Below are positions 55,501 through 64,000 of a DNA stretch of 64,000 bases, in pieces (position 1 is the stretch's first letter; every line of letters begins with the position of its first letter). The DNA is from a virus. Taxonomy: Duplodnaviria; Caudoviricetes. The translations under genes and the position numbers were made by a program. The DNA is taken from positions 13,646 to 77,645 of IMG/VR virus record IMGVR_UViG_3300032332_001510; one strand, given 5' to 3'. Under the pieces are notes generated by a model, which searched no databases, was not told the origin of the DNA, and saw only the letters and a program-made list of their open reading frames with translations.

Positions 55501-58500
55501 AAGAGAGGCCGCTGCTAAAGCCATGGCTTCAACTGGTGTGCAACGAAGTATTATACAAAGTAAAAATCCACTAGAGCAACAACAAAAATTACTGAAAAAC
55601 GTAGATATTAGTGCAGATGTAAAATCAGCAGCAGGAGATGTAGCACCTCTTATTGATATGATTGGTAATGTGCAAAAACAAATGATTGCTTTAGGAGCTC
55701 AAGCTAAAAGTACTGAACTGCAAACTATGGCTAAAGTTGTTACTGAAGAATTAAAAGCTAGACAAGATATACTAGATGCAGAGGCTAAAACTGCACAAGA
55801 AAAATTAACTAATCTTAATCTTGAACAGCAAAATTTAAAAGTACTAAGTGAAACAGACGTTGCAGAAAGACAGAGACTTGAAAACCAAATATTTGAAAAT
55901 AAATTAGCCAAAGACAGACTTGGTGTTGAAACTAAATTAAGCGTTCTTAGAAAATTTGGTATTGATAAATTGGCTGAAGGTAAGGGACCAGCACCTAAAG
56001 GTATGTCAAAAGCTGGTCAAGAGGCTGCTATTAGCGAATATAAAAAGGCTAAAAAAGCAGAAACAGAACTTGACAAAGCACAGTCAGAAGAACGCAAGGC
56101 ACAATCTACAAAAATCACTCAAGAAATTTTAGATAATGCTTTAAAAGCAATTGACATACGTTATACCAAAGAAAATTCAGCATTTGAACTACAGGCTAGA
56201 AATGAAAACTTTTTAGTTAGTATGCGTCAAAAAGGTATAGCTCTTGATATAGAAGGTCTTGGTTATAGAAAAGATTTGGCGGCTATTACTCAAGAAGAGT
56301 ACTTGATAGAAAAAGGTATTTCTGATAGGCAACAAATTACAGCTAGCTATGATCAAAGAAAAAATGAAATAAATCAAAAAACCACTAAAGAACTATCTGC
56401 TCAACAAAAAATTATTGATGAACTTACAACAAAGCAAGAAAAAGGCGTAAAATTAAGTCAATTAGATTTAAACGCCTTAGAAACCGCTAAAAATTTGAGA
56501 ACACAGAGTACAAACGAACAAAAAACAGAATTAGCTTTAGCAGAAAGAGATAGAGATGTTAAACTTGATGGACTTAAAATAAGTTCAGATTTAGCAGCCA
56601 GTGTTCAACGAATAAATAAGTTATATGAACAAGGCCAAAAAGCCAGTGATTTAGCTTATCAGCGCCAAAAATTAATTAATGATCAAACTCAAATAGAGAT
56701 AACTTATCAAAATCAGTATTTAGATGGTCTTAAATCTATTCAAGCAATTTATGATTCACAGTACCTTACAGCAAAAGGCATAAATGATCAAAAGCAACTT
56801 GATATAACATACGCTGCTAAATTAGTTGAAGTCAATAAAACCGAGTTAGATAATACACGTACATTGAGAAAAGAGTTAGAAATTTTAAATGCTACTAGAC
56901 TAACAGCTGGAGATGAAATTTCAGTAGCTGCACAAAAAGAATATGAAAATAGTAAAAATGATATACAGGCCAGAATAGATCTAGAAACTAGCAAATCTGC
57001 ACAGATTAAAAAGGGCATGGAAGATGAACTACGTATGCAAAAACTTATTAACCAAGCAAGAACAGAACAAGATGTACTGCAAGCAAAACAATTAGAAAGA
57101 ATGGGTAAGTTGCAAGATGCAACTAAAAGTTTAGCAGCTGTATTTGGTAAAGTAGGCGATGCAATTGGTAAGGCTTTTGAAGAATCACAAAGCTTTGCTG
57201 ATGAACAAGAAAAAATTGCAACAAGACAAAAAGCTGGTATAAAACAAGCAGAAGAACGCTGGAAAAATGAAGGTGATGGAGCCGAAGGTCTTGCTAAACA
57301 AAAAGACGAAATAAACACTAAAGCTCAAAAAGAATCAGCGGCCTTAGAAAATAAAAATGCTCTGACACAAATTAGCAATGTTAAAAAGCTATTCAAAGAA
57401 AAAACCGCTGCTTATAAAGCAATTAGTGCAATCGAAACATCAATACACTTAGCCAAATTATTTCAAATAGCCACAGAATTAACTGCTGAAGGAGTACTTA
57501 CAGCTCAAAGTACTGCAGGTAGTTTAGCTCGTGCAGGTGCTGCAGGCCTTGAAGCTATTACTAAAGCATATACAATTCCACCTCCACTAGGATTTGTTAC
57601 TGGTGCTGCTATGACTGCAATTATTGCAGGACTACTAGGTGCTGCATTTAAAGGCGGCACTAAAACTTCCTATGCTGCTTTTAAAATGAACAGCGAACAG
57701 CGTCAAGAAACGCAAGGAACTGGTAGTACTTATGTAGCTGATTTTAACAGTAAAACTGGTGGCGGCATGAAAGTAGAAACTGGTGCTGGAGTATTTGGTG
57801 ATGCTAATGAAAAAGTAGACAGTATTAGAAAAGGTATTGAACTTCTTGCTGCAAATAGTGTTGATGGTTTAAGTTACGATAACAAAATGCTAAAAGCACT
57901 CAATAAGCTATCAGATGCCATGACTGGTGCTGCTCAACAAATTTATAGCATTCAAGGACTTCGTCAAGGCGGTACAGCATTTGGAACTCAACCAGGTACT
58001 AATACAACTAGTAAAGGTGGTTTATTTGGTAGTGGATTTATGAGTAGTGTATTTGGTGGAAAAACCACTGGTACTGCTACTATTCAAAGTGCGGGTATTC
58101 AACTGACTGGAACTTTTGATCAAGTTATTAATGATACTGCAAATAGTATTAAACAATATAAAGATGTACTCTATCAATTCCATAAAAGTGGTGGATGGTT
58201 TAGCAGCGCTAAAGATTGGACTGAAATCAAACGAGAGACAGAAAGTATACAAGAAGCTACTAGTGCCGCAATTGCTGATATATTTAAAGAAAGTAAAAAT
58301 ATGTTTATAGTTCTAGCTGAAAAAGCTGGAATGACTGCAAATACTGTTACTGATGCATTTAACAATATGTCTGCGGCAATAGATATTGATGTTACTGGTA
58401 TGACTGGTGCTGAAGTTGTTGATGCACTTAATGCAGCTATTGGCGTTAAACTAGACGAAGTTGGAAACAGCATATTTACCTTTTTTAGCAAATACAAAAA

Positions 58501-60271
58501 ATTTGGCGAAAGCTTTTTAGACACAACTTTTAGAGTAATAGATACAAACGAAAAGATTAATCAAGCACTAACAAATATTCGCGGCGTAAATCCACAACTT
58601 ACCAGAAACTACGACGTTACTGAAGCAATGGCAAAACTAGCCGGTGGATTAGATAAATACCTAGAAAAAACTAGTTATTTCCGTGAAAATTTCTTAACTG
58701 AAGCTGAAAAACTAGCCCCCGTACAAAAAGCAGTAGACGAAGAAATGTCTAGGCTTGGTTTTAGTGCAGTAAAAACTGTTGAACAGTTTAAGTATTTAAT
58801 TCAAAACTTTAAACTAACAGATCAAACTAGCTATGAAACTTATGGTGCACTATTAACACTTGCAGAAGGATTTAAGCAAGTTTATGGCAAAGCTGAAGAA
58901 ATGGCTGCAATTACTAAAAGTAATGTTGATGTTGAAGGTGAACGAGCTGCCATATTAGATAAAATAAATCAATTAACAAAAACTAGTGCTGAATTACGTG
59001 AACTAGAAATAGCCAAACTAGATGTTTCTAACAGAGTATTTCAACGACAGCTTTATGCAATTGAAGACCAACAAGCAGCAGCAAAAGCATATCAAACAGC
59101 ACTACAAAATATTACAGGTGCACTAACTTCACAAATTACCAGCTTAACAGATTACAGAAATGCACTATTAAGCGGAGCTAATTCTACAGAAACAGTAGTA
59201 GAACAATATGCAAAAGCAAAATATGAAGTAGACAGTTTAGTTAATACAATTAAAACAGGTACTGAAGCCGAAAAGAGTAGTGCAGTTGGAAAATTAACCG
59301 GAGCAACAGATAAATTCTTAGGACTATCTAGGGAACTATTTGCTGGTAGTGCTGAATATACTGCTGATTTTAATAAAGTTACAAGTATTGTTGCTAATGT
59401 TATTGCAGGATTAGAAACGCAAAATACGGCTGCTAAAACACAGCTAGAAGCATTAGAGACTAGTAACACCTTTTTAACAAGTATTAAAGAAAACACTAAA
59501 GATACTGCTACATTACTTAAAGATTATCTTGAAAAAACAGCGGCTAAAGTTACTGCAGATGCAAATGCTTCAGCTGCTTTAACAACAATAACTAATGCTG
59601 CAACTACTGCTGCAACTACTGCTGCAACTACTGCTGCAACTACTGCTGCAACTACTGCTACAACTACTGCTGCAACTACTGCTGCAACTACTGCTGCAAC
59701 TACTGCTGCAACTACTGCTGCAACTACTGCTGCAACTACTGCTGCAACTACTGCTGCAAATAATTCAGCATCTTCAGTATTTATTGGAGATAGTAGAGTA
59801 ACTCAGCCTGTAGTAACACCAGCAGGTGCAAATAATGTTACAATAGCAGGTGGTGGAACTGTTAGCGTAGTTGGTAATAGCGTAGCAACTCAAACATTAT
59901 CAGAAGCTGACACTATAGATACTTCTCCACAAGGAGTATATACTTATGTTCCTATAAATCAAACAGCGCAACAAATTGGTAGCTCAATAGGCCAAGAAAT
60001 TGGTAGTTCATTAAGCACAAGTTTAACAACTACTATAAGTACAGCAGTAGCTGCTGGTGTAGCTGAAGGAATGACTAAAGCAACTACAGAAATGGTTACT
60101 GCTATTGAAAACTCAACTACAGCAATAGTAGTTTCAACTGATAATAATACTCAAGTAATTGCTAGTACAGTTGAGGATACTAGTGCTAATCAAGTTAATG
60201 CAAATAGACTTGGTAATAGTGCTATTCAGAGTTACAAACGTTCAGACCTTGGATTAATGGCGATTGATTAA
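52535..60271 (+). CDS. tape measure protein (about 2580 aa)
   Basis: Ala/helical composition, L.RG..K.EPELLDELGI motif, position; start MTTDNT after GGAGA. Confidence 0.9.
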   Translation: MTTDNTIKANVEVSDNGSTSEVIKNIETLVKSLKAAQREAKATMNAQTTPGGSAGSRAAAEGMMSGSAYGVSRAAGAGTGAAARDFAKESQGLSGLVRLYAVYAANLFAVSAAFRALSSAADTANMTKGLQQLSAQSGVSLVNISKNLVTATGDAISFQEAMKATAQITAAGLGAGTVEKIGKAAKGISAALGVDASDAISRLSRGITKIEPELLDELGIFVKVDDAARAYALSIGKATSSLTDFEKRQAFSIAVLKEFQDKFGNIEVDANPYNQLAASLNNLAATAGNFINTVLGPLASFLASSPTALLGIIGAIGLTIAKQALPALSELGSALRKSAEEAQTFAEARKQRSLEAQKSENAEKLRLIEQGVEKEIKVFADAEEKYKALKKATKFGDNETVLAKVLNTPNIKDISDADIKALKDSAEQYKRIDAARAASYHQIADAAEKVKEAENKLTEARNKQNESLAKGNDYRTAYVQNLKIESDATEKATRLRIIANAADYGGIQSLSQSFNQLKTEINQSKLGLFSKTIAGVGGGVAFLGSRLITAASALGGYGAAAAGAVATLSFLDDLFRKNKKEVDEFNSSIDSLGETIKNASAVLKRFGDYDPLNKLTIQSLKARSAAINELTQGLEKAEEAFTKANASAGAYDTFRQKILSIFDLDLKSDLSEKIAETINKSILLADPGPAKEAYKEKIKSILGVEQNFSKSNLEFKVKNSADYLGTVKAIIDAQKKFAQEEQATAARLEETQNAFKATDKAYKELTQSLLSQSPLEKFGSNLQASAIKLVQGIQQPKEAFQTLIEIVKDTNKLSILPPEQFSALASRKEEILALAAAADKAQKDLQKFNQQMQDENLSASERIKAGENAKLAERDLADAQAKGAAIAKPLLQAVAIERFKQAGEILGKEIVLAQAQAAVAIQKTFASILLSGPELAKEEGRLAQLDIAAKMDSIKTTRDLIISNTLLRMSQEDLVNRMIIESEKSTQDQREAAAKAMASTGVQRSIIQSKNPLEQQQKLLKNVDISADVKSAAGDVAPLIDMIGNVQKQMIALGAQAKSTELQTMAKVVTEELKARQDILDAEAKTAQEKLTNLNLEQQNLKVLSETDVAERQRLENQIFENKLAKDRLGVETKLSVLRKFGIDKLAEGKGPAPKGMSKAGQEAAISEYKKAKKAETELDKAQSEERKAQSTKITQEILDNALKAIDIRYTKENSAFELQARNENFLVSMRQKGIALDIEGLGYRKDLAAITQEEYLIEKGISDRQQITASYDQRKNEINQKTTKELSAQQKIIDELTTKQEKGVKLSQLDLNALETAKNLRTQSTNEQKTELALAERDRDVKLDGLKISSDLAASVQRINKLYEQGQKASDLAYQRQKLINDQTQIEITYQNQYLDGLKSIQAIYDSQYLTAKGINDQKQLDITYAAKLVEVNKTELDNTRTLRKELEILNATRLTAGDEISVAAQKEYENSKNDIQARIDLETSKSAQIKKGMEDELRMQKLINQARTEQDVLQAKQLERMGKLQDATKSLAAVFGKVGDAIGKAFEESQSFADEQEKIATRQKAGIKQAEERWKNEGDGAEGLAKQKDEINTKAQKESAALENKNALTQISNVKKLFKEKTAAYKAISAIETSIHLAKLFQIATELTAEGVLTAQSTAGSLARAGAAGLEAITKAYTIPPPLGFVTGAAMTAIIAGLLGAAFKGGTKTSYAAFKMNSEQRQETQGTGSTYVADFNSKTGGGMKVETGAGVFGDANEKVDSIRKGIELLAANSVDGLSYDNKMLKALNKLSDAMTGAAQQIYSIQGLRQGGTAFGTQPGTNTTSKGGLFGSGFMSSVFGGKTTGTATIQSAGIQLTGTFDQVINDTANSIKQYKDVLYQFHKSGGWFSSAKDWTEIKRETESIQEATSAAIADIFKESKNMFIVLAEKAGMTANTVTDAFNNMSAAIDIDVTGMTGAEVVDALNAAIGVKLDEVGNSIFTFFSKYKKFGESFLDTTFRVIDTNEKINQALTNIRGVNPQLTRNYDVTEAMAKLAGGLDKYLEKTSYFRENFLTEAEKLAPVQKAVDEEMSRLGFSAVKTVEQFKYLIQNFKLTDQTSYETYGALLTLAEGFKQVYGKAEEMAAITKSNVDVEGERAAILDKINQLTKTSAELRELEIAKLDVSNRVFQRQLYAIEDQQAAAKAYQTALQNITGALTSQITSLTDYRNALLSGANSTETVVEQYAKAKYEVDSLVNTIKTGTEAEKSSAVGKLTGATDKFLGLSRELFAGSAEYTADFNKVTSIVANVIAGLETQNTAAKTQLEALETSNTFLTSIKENTKDTATLLKDYLEKTAAKVTADANASAALTTITNAATTAATTAATTAATTAATTATTTAATTAATTAATTAATTAATTAATTAATTAANNSASSVFIGDSRVTQPVVTPAGANNVTIAGGGTVSVVGNSVATQTLSEADTIDTSPQGVYTYVPINQTAQQIGSSIGQEIGSSLSTSLTTTISTAVAAGVAEGMTKATTEMVTAIENSTTAIVVSTDNNTQVIASTVEDTSANQVNANRLGNSAIQSYKRSDLGLMAID
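59597..59758 (+). repeat. 12-bp tandem repeat GCTGCAACTACT x13.5 (AATT peptide)
   Basis: Direct reading; one variant unit (GCTACAACTACT). Confidence 0.95.
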
Positions 60272-61833
60272 TGAAAACAGTAAATGATATGATAGCTTGG
60301 CTTAAATCTTCAAGCCACATTAAATGTACCTTAGTAGATATTTTAGACGTTTCAGTTGCCGGAACACCTACTACTATAAACCTTTCCTCAATGGCTTACA
60401 GCAGTGGAGGCACCACCTATAACGCTTGTGTTGTAGGTGGCCTTAGTTTTAGCGAATCACTAAGTATTGATGGTAGTATTAGCGCAAGTTATGGTGGATT
60501 GGATCTCGTCAATGTTTATGGTGTTAATGATCAATTTCTTACATACATCTGGAATCGTAGACCTATAAAAATTTACTTAGGTGATCCTAGTTGGCCTAAA
60601 AGCGATTTTGTATTAATCTTTGATGGGTTAGTGCAAGAATTAACTGCTAATAGTGAAAATCAATTAACATTATTACTATTTGATAAATTGCAAAGATTAA
60701 ATGACGCCTTAACAGAAAAAACTTTAAACGATAGTACAGATACTTATACTGAAAAAACTAAAAATGGTGTTGCAAACACAGCAATCCTTCCGCTTACATT
60801 TGGCGAAGTATTTAATATTCAACCACTATATGTAGACAATGGAGCAACTGCTTTTCTTGCCGCAACTTCTGGAACTTCTGGAACTTCTGGAACTTCTGGA
60901 AGTTTTGGAAAAGTTTATATGATCAATGACGGTCCTATTAACGGTATAATTGAAGTCAGGGATAATGGCGTGCCCATTACAGTAACAGAAGATCTTACTA
61001 AAGGTTTGATTACTTTAACTAGTAATCCAGTAGGAACCGTTACTTGTAGTGTACAAGGAAATAGTACTACTAGTTATAGTAATACTATTTCTAATATTAT
61101 TACTAAAATAGTTACTAGTTATGGTAATGCTACCAATAGATTTACATCTAGCGAAATTGATTTTTCTGGTTTTACAAATACTAGTCCAGTAGGTGTATAC
61201 TGTGTAGATAGATTAAATACTATACAACTTTGCAATGATTTAGCTAAAAGCGTAAGCGCTAATTTAGTATGTCCAAGTATTACACTTGATGCTACTGGTC
61301 AAAATATCAGTTCTAGTAAATTAAAACTAGTAGAATTAAAAGTACCTACTGGTACGTCAGGATATGTGCTTAGTGATGATAATATGATATTAGGTACTTT
61401 ATCTATTACTCAGTTATTTCCAATAAAGCCTAGTATTAAATTAGGTTATTGTAAAAATTATACTGTTCAGCAAACTGTTGCAGCTGGAGTTAATCCAGAC
61501 AGTAAATTTGATGAAGATTATTTAACTGTTACACAAATTAATAGTACAAATACAGCATTATACAGAGATACAGGAACTATTAGTCAAGAAAATACTTTAC
61601 TAATAACTGAATCTGATGCAAGCACTGAAGCAATTAAGCGATTAAATCTTTGGGGCGTACAACGAAAACTAATCACTGCTACCTATTTACCAGAACTTAT
61701 TTTTGCACAATTAGGTGATATAGTAACTATTAAATCTAATAGATTTAATTTAAATAGTGGAAAAACAGGATTAGTATTTAATATTACCAGAGATTGGATT
61801 ACTGGTCAAGTACAAATAGGAGTTTTAGTATAA
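60271..61833 (+). CDS. baseplate hub / tail tip protein
   Basis: Follows TMP; IKIYLGD...F..IFDG, LP..FGEVFN..P, LGD.VTI...RF. Confidence 0.7.
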   Translation: MKTVNDMIAWLKSSSHIKCTLVDILDVSVAGTPTTINLSSMAYSSGGTTYNACVVGGLSFSESLSIDGSISASYGGLDLVNVYGVNDQFLTYIWNRRPIKIYLGDPSWPKSDFVLIFDGLVQELTANSENQLTLLLFDKLQRLNDALTEKTLNDSTDTYTEKTKNGVANTAILPLTFGEVFNIQPLYVDNGATAFLAATSGTSGTSGTSGSFGKVYMINDGPINGIIEVRDNGVPITVTEDLTKGLITLTSNPVGTVTCSVQGNSTTSYSNTISNIITKIVTSYGNATNRFTSSEIDFSGFTNTSPVGVYCVDRLNTIQLCNDLAKSVSANLVCPSITLDATGQNISSSKLKLVELKVPTGTSGYVLSDDNMILGTLSITQLFPIKPSIKLGYCKNYTVQQTVAAGVNPDSKFDEDYLTVTQINSTNTALYRDTGTISQENTLLITESDASTEAIKRLNLWGVQRKLITATYLPELIFAQLGDIVTIKSNRFNLNSGKTGLVFNITRDWITGQVQIGVLV

Positions 61834-64000
61834 ATGAGTGTAACACCAATAAATACTAGAGATTTGCGATTACAAGCAACTTCTCCTAGAATATTGCAAG
61901 TTGGTAGTAACTATATTAGTTTAACTGCTCCTACTATGCAATTTAAATATGGTACTAATAATGTGGCTCAACCAACTCAAACAGTGGTTACAGCTACACT
62001 AATTGGTGCCCTTAGTGGACAAACAGTTATTTTTAGTTATACTGGTTTAACTACTACACCTACAGCAAATGGAAATACAGTAACTATTTTACCTGATAAT
62101 ATAACGGATGATTTTGCTACAATTACTGCTACTTTAATATTTCAGGGAGTCACGTATACTAATTCAATTAGTATTAGTAAAATCTATAATCAGTTAGTGA
62201 GTAGACTTCAAAGACCTATTGATTTAATTACTAGTGAGTATGATGGTACTAATTATCTATTACCTACTACATCAAATTATTTAGAGCTATATAATGGAGT
62301 AGTAAAAGTTAGTAGTGGTATAACTTATAGTCCTACTACAACTACTCAAAATGGTTTAACAGTTGCTATAAATAGTACTAGTGGTCAAATTACTGTTAGT
62401 GGTAGTACATGGACTAGTGATTCAGAAAGTTTTACTTTAACTGCTACTAAAAGTACCATATCTTATAGTAGTACTTATACTATAACTAAAGCCAAGGCGG
62501 GTCAAAGCAGTATTATTGGAGATCTTAGTAATCAAACAACTGTATTACCTGCTGATAATGCTGGTGTAGTTAATGCTGCTAATTTTGGCACAGCTGCTAG
62601 TACCACTATGAGTGTATATAATGGTGGTTTTGATGATTCTGTTAATTGGACATATTTTAGTACTTATAATAACTGTACTTCAAGTACGGCAGCAACTAGT
62701 AGAACGCAAACTGTAAATAGTATTACTGCGGATACTGCCAGCATTACAATTACAGCTAGTCGTCTAGGGTTTAGTAATATTGTTCAAGTATTTACTATAG
62801 CTAAAGCTAAATCTGGAACAAGTGGTCTTCCTGGTTATGATGCTACTGCATATTGGTTAACAGTTAGTTCTGATGTAATGGCAAGATTTAGTAATGAAGT
62901 ACTTAATCCTACAACATTAACCGTATATGGGTATAGTGCTACAGGTATTAGCACTCCTGCTCTTTATAATGGTAGATTTAAAATATATGAAAATAACAGT
63001 ACTAGTGCTAGTTATACTAGTGCTACAGATCAAACTAAGTATATATATACTCCTACTGCTAGCGCTACTAATATTAAAGTTGAGCTTTATACATCAGGTT
63101 CTACATTTGCTACAAAATTAGATGAACAAACTATTTCTGTAGTAAGAGATGGCATTAATGCTATTACCGCTATACTTAATAATGAATCAGCAAATGTACC
63201 TGCTGATAGTGCAGGTGTAGTAGCGCCTGCTAATTTTGCAGGCGCTAGTACTACTATAACAGTTTATAATGGTATTACTGATGACTCTGCTAACTGGACA
63301 TTTAGTGCTGTATTAAATAGCTGTACTGCAGATGTATCAAATAGTAATAGAACATATACAGTAAAGAGTATAACAGCAGACACTGCAACTATTACTATTT
63401 CAGCTGCTCGTGCAGGATACACTACTCTTAGTAAAGTATTTAATATAGCTAGACTTAAAGATGGTAACGATGCTGCAGCATATTGGCTAGCACTTGATTC
63501 TAATGTATTGAAAAAAAGTAATGCAGGAATACTTAGTCCTACAACATTAACTGTATTTGGATATAGTTCTATAGGCATTACAGGTCCTGTAGCTTATGCT
63601 GGCAGATTTAAAATATATGAAAATAATAGTACCAGTGCTAGCTATACTAGTGCTTTAGATCAATCAACTTATGCATATGCACCTAGTGGTTCAAATATTA
63701 CTAGTATTAAAGTTGAATTTTATACGGCTGGTGTTAGTGGTAAAAAAGTAGATGAACAAAGTATCTATGTAGTTACTGATGGAGGCCCTGGTGCTGATGC
63801 TATTAGTGCTCAACTTACTAATGATTTTGCAAATATACCTGCTAATAGTTCTGGTGTAGTTATTGGAGCTAGTTCTTTTGCATCTGCAGTTACTACTATG
63901 ACGGTGTACAAAGGCAATACTGATGACTCTGCTAACTGGACATTTAGTGCTGTATTAAATAGCTGTACTGCAGATGTATCAAATAGTAATAGAACATATA
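61834..64000 (+). CDS. large Ser/Thr-rich tail fibre/spike protein with about 210-aa repeats; truncated by window end
   Basis: ATG immediately after the hub stop (MSVTPINTRDLRLQ...), read open by eye; recurring L.N....PA...G.V and DDSANWTF blocks. Confidence 0.75.
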   Translation, partial: MSVTPINTRDLRLQATSPRILQVGSNYISLTAPTMQFKYGTNNVAQPTQTVVTATLIGALSGQTVIFSYTGLTTTPTANGNTVTILPDNITDDFATITATLIFQGVTYTNSISISKIYNQLVSRLQRPIDLITSEYDGTNYLLPTTSNYLELYNGVVKVSSGITYSPTTTTQNGLTVAINSTSGQITVSGSTWTSDSESFTLTATKSTISYSSTYTITKAKAGQSSIIGDLSNQTTVLPADNAGVVNAANFGTAASTTMSVYNGGFDDSVNWTYFSTYNNCTSSTAATSRTQTVNSITADTASITITASRLGFSNIVQVFTIAKAKSGTSGLPGYDATAYWLTVSSDVMARFSNEVLNPTTLTVYGYSATGISTPALYNGRFKIYENNSTSASYTSATDQTKYIYTPTASATNIKVELYTSGSTFATKLDEQTISVVRDGINAITAILNNESANVPADSAGVVAPANFAGASTTITVYNGITDDSANWTFSAVLNSCTADVSNSNRTYTVKSITADTATITISAARAGYTTLSKVFNIARLKDGNDAAAYWLALDSNVLKKSNAGILSPTTLTVFGYSSIGITGPVAYAGRFKIYENNSTSASYTSALDQSTYAYAPSGSNITSIKVEFYTAGVSGKKVDEQSIYVVTDGGPGADAISAQLTNDFANIPANSSGVVIGASSFASAVTTMTVYKGNTDDSANWTFSAVLNSCTADVSNSNRTY

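Noticed and set aside
53008-59496. Several antisense ORFs within the tape measure gene
   Set aside because: These are shadow ORFs caused by codon bias in a long gene.
59595-59801. Poly-LLQ ORF
   Set aside because: It is an alternative frame of the 12-bp tandem repeat inside the tape measure gene.
63276-64000. Diversity-generating retroelement TR/VR pair
   Set aside because: The copies are identical rather than differing at adenines, both lie in frame in one gene, and no reverse transcriptase is seen.

Overview
This window is 64 kb of a lytic tailed-phage genome with T5-like (Demerecviridae-type siphovirus) architecture. The host is probably a freshwater Betaproteobacterium; this is inferred from the tmRNA tag ANDEVFALAA and a DUF3563-like gene. 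Layout: (i) 1-9.9 kb, minus strand: replication block (family A DNA polymerase cut by the window edge, primase, DnaB helicase, D5, split NAD-dependent ligase, PC4-like SSB, D3-like). (ii) 9.9-23.9 kb, minus strand: accessory block with 5 tRNAs, a circularly permuted two-piece tmRNA next to a ClpP homolog, a five-gene collagen/C1q/fibre-like operon, rubredoxin, a TibC-like heptosyltransferase, UvsE and Hsp20. (iii) 24-31.7 kb, plus strand: early genes (SleB-like hydrolase, ThyX, many small ORFs). (iv) 31.7-39.2 kb: probable pre-early/terminal-repeat region with a ~565-nt promoter-to-terminator non-coding transcript, two periodic repeat arrays, three A2-like paralogs (a fourth lies just upstream at 31.4 kb), Dmp, and a repeated divergent-promoter/palindrome element between gene cassettes. 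(v) 39.2-41.6 kb: a PlcP + Agt-like lipid-remodelling pair. (vi) 41.6-64 kb: morphogenesis genes (terminases, Dps, HNH, portal, fused protease-capsid, tail genes with a -1 frameshift site, 2.6-kaa tape measure, hub, partial repetitive fibre). Transcription relies on near-consensus sigma70 promoters, and no phage RNA polymerase is seen. All protein family calls come from motif recognition by eye, not from database searches.
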